Shown here: in pieces, positions 63,109 through 64,000 of the stretch | How the letters are laid out: the number at the start of each line of letters is the position of its first letter | Numbering within the stretch: position 1 is the first letter of the stretch | Source: Candidatus Bathyarchaeota archaeon | GTDB lineage: Archaea > Thermoproteota > Bathyarchaeia > Bathyarchaeales > Bathyarchaeaceae | Assembly (NCBI GenBank): GCA_963772765.1 | Contig: CAVYYP010000013.1 | Location: 13,377-77,376 of the forward strand | Direction of reading: 5' to 3' | DNA: 64,000 bases | Notes under the pieces: model-generated | Databases searched by the model: none | Told to the model about the DNA's origin: nothing | The model's input: only the letters and a program-made list of their open reading frames with translations | Position numbers and translations under genes: made by a program

Positions 63109-64000
63109 GCTCTAAGACTTTTTTCTGATAAACAAGACCATAGCTAAAATCGCCACAGCAGAAAAGAACTGTACTATAAATGGAAGCAGCTGATGCACCA
63201 AAAGAGTCCCACAGGCTGCCAACTGCAGCATTAGAAACAAAGAATGCTAAACCAACAAGAAGGTAATAAACTCCATATGCTGTTCCACGTAGATGCTCTC
63301 CAACATAACTTGGAACCAAAGCCCTCTGCACAGTCTCAATAATCCCAGCATAAGCACCATAAACAATAGCAATCAAAAAAGCAAACAAACTAGTTGAAGG
63401 AAGCCACAATAACAGGGTAGCGACCAGAAAAACTGCATACCCCAGAAGCATTACCTTTTCCTTGCCAATTCTATCAGATAGGACACCTGCTGGAAAAGCC
63501 ACAGCAACATGAGCCACATTAACAGCAGCATAAACCAGAGGAATAAACGAGTCCGAAATGCCAGCATCCTGAGCGTTAACCAAAATAAAAGAAAAATTGA
63601 ATGCTCCTAAAGAAAAAAGTCCCACAACAACTAGCAATCTTGAAAAATTTCCAGACAAAACAGACGTTATTCCTTCAAGAAACCGAAATTCTCCAGTACG
63701 ACCAGTGACATGTTCCTTTACAAAGAGTAAAATGATTATCAGCGCAACAGCTCCAGGTATCAGTGATAGCCAAAAGATGTCTCTTATTGTGAAACTCAAG
63801 GTGATCATAAGTACTGAAGCAAGTATAGGTCCCAGAATAGCGCCAGTCTGGTCTAATGTTCTGTGTAAACCAAAAGCTGCACCTCGACGTTTTTCAGAAA
63901 TAGACTCGTAAAGAAGTGCATCTCGAGGAGAAGTGCGAACACCCTTTCCAACACGGTCAGTGACACGTATGACCATAACATCAAAAGGTGTCCTAGCAAC
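63095..64000 (-). CDS. MFS transporter, partial (N-terminus beyond window end)
   Basis: Multi-TM ORF (..RDALLYESISEKRRGAAFGLHRTLDQTGAILGP..). The frame stays open to position 64000. Confidence 0.7.
   Translation of the reverse strand, partial: VARTPFDVMVIRVTDRVGKGVRTSPRDALLYESISEKRRGAAFGLHRTLDQTGAILGPILASVLMITLSFTIRDIFWLSLIPGAVALIIILLFVKEHVTGRTGEFRFLEGITSVLSGNFSRLLVVVGLFSLGAFNFSFILVNAQDAGISDSFIPLVYAAVNVAHVAVAFPAGVLSDRIGKEKVMLLGYAVFLVATLLLWLPSTSLFAFLIAIVYGAYAGIIETVQRALVPSYVGEHLRGTAYGVYYLLVGLAFFVSNAAVGSLWDSFGASAASIYSTVLFCCGDFSYGLVYQKKVLELTAG

Noticed and set aside
1-64000. CRISPR arrays, transposases, integrases, toxin-antitoxin or restriction-modification/defence gene clusters
   Set aside because: I saw no regularly spaced direct repeats and no ORF with DDE, tyrosine or serine recombinase, Cas, or typical defence-system motifs. 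The only repeats are the Lrp paralog segment and the two-copy terminator-like module.

Overview
Densely coding archaeal chromosome segment that looks AT-rich by eye. I found no CRISPR array, transposase or integrase.

**Recognisable content**
- Information processing: an rpoB, rpoA, rpl30e, nusA operon in which rpoA is one unsplit A'+A'' ORF. Also topoisomerase VI A/B, aIF2-beta plus DUF424, Rio1 plus a Dim2-like KH protein, tRNA-Gln(TTG) and tRNA-Met(CAT).
- Anaerobic redox metabolism: tungsten-type AOR with its ferredoxin and a MoaD/ThiS-like GG protein. Also an HdrA-MvhD fusion with a polyferredoxin, HdrC/HdrB, NfnA/NfnB-like genes, and a ferredoxin/MvhD-domain protein.
- Hydrogenase maturation: a full hypA-F set plus a maturation protease, but no hydrogenase structural gene in the window.
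- Other metabolism: mevalonate-pathway thiolase with a DUF35-HMG-CoA synthase fusion, cobT/cobZ, and an arsR/acr3/arsM cluster carrying an extra Cys-rich gene.
- Also two ABC-2 transporter loci, tandem Lrp/AsnC-like paralogs and many small hypothetical genes.
- A homolog of eukaryote-type ribosomal protein L22e, together with the unsplit rpoA, suggests an Asgard-like lineage. This is inference only.

**Most striking sequence-level observation**
- At least ten frame disruptions fall inside otherwise well-conserved genes: top6A, hdrA, hypD, nfnB, cobZ, an ABC-2 permease, a SpoIIM-like gene and a zinc-ribbon membrane gene.
- Several sit in homopolymers.
- Three share the context G-TAC-C(+1 extra C)-Y, with the break directly after an in-frame Tyr codon.
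- Assembly indels are the most likely cause, but this needs read-level checking.

**Limits**
- All functional calls rest on my recognition of motifs in the translated ORFs. No database search was run.
- Start codons are often uncertain because GTG and TTG starts are frequent.
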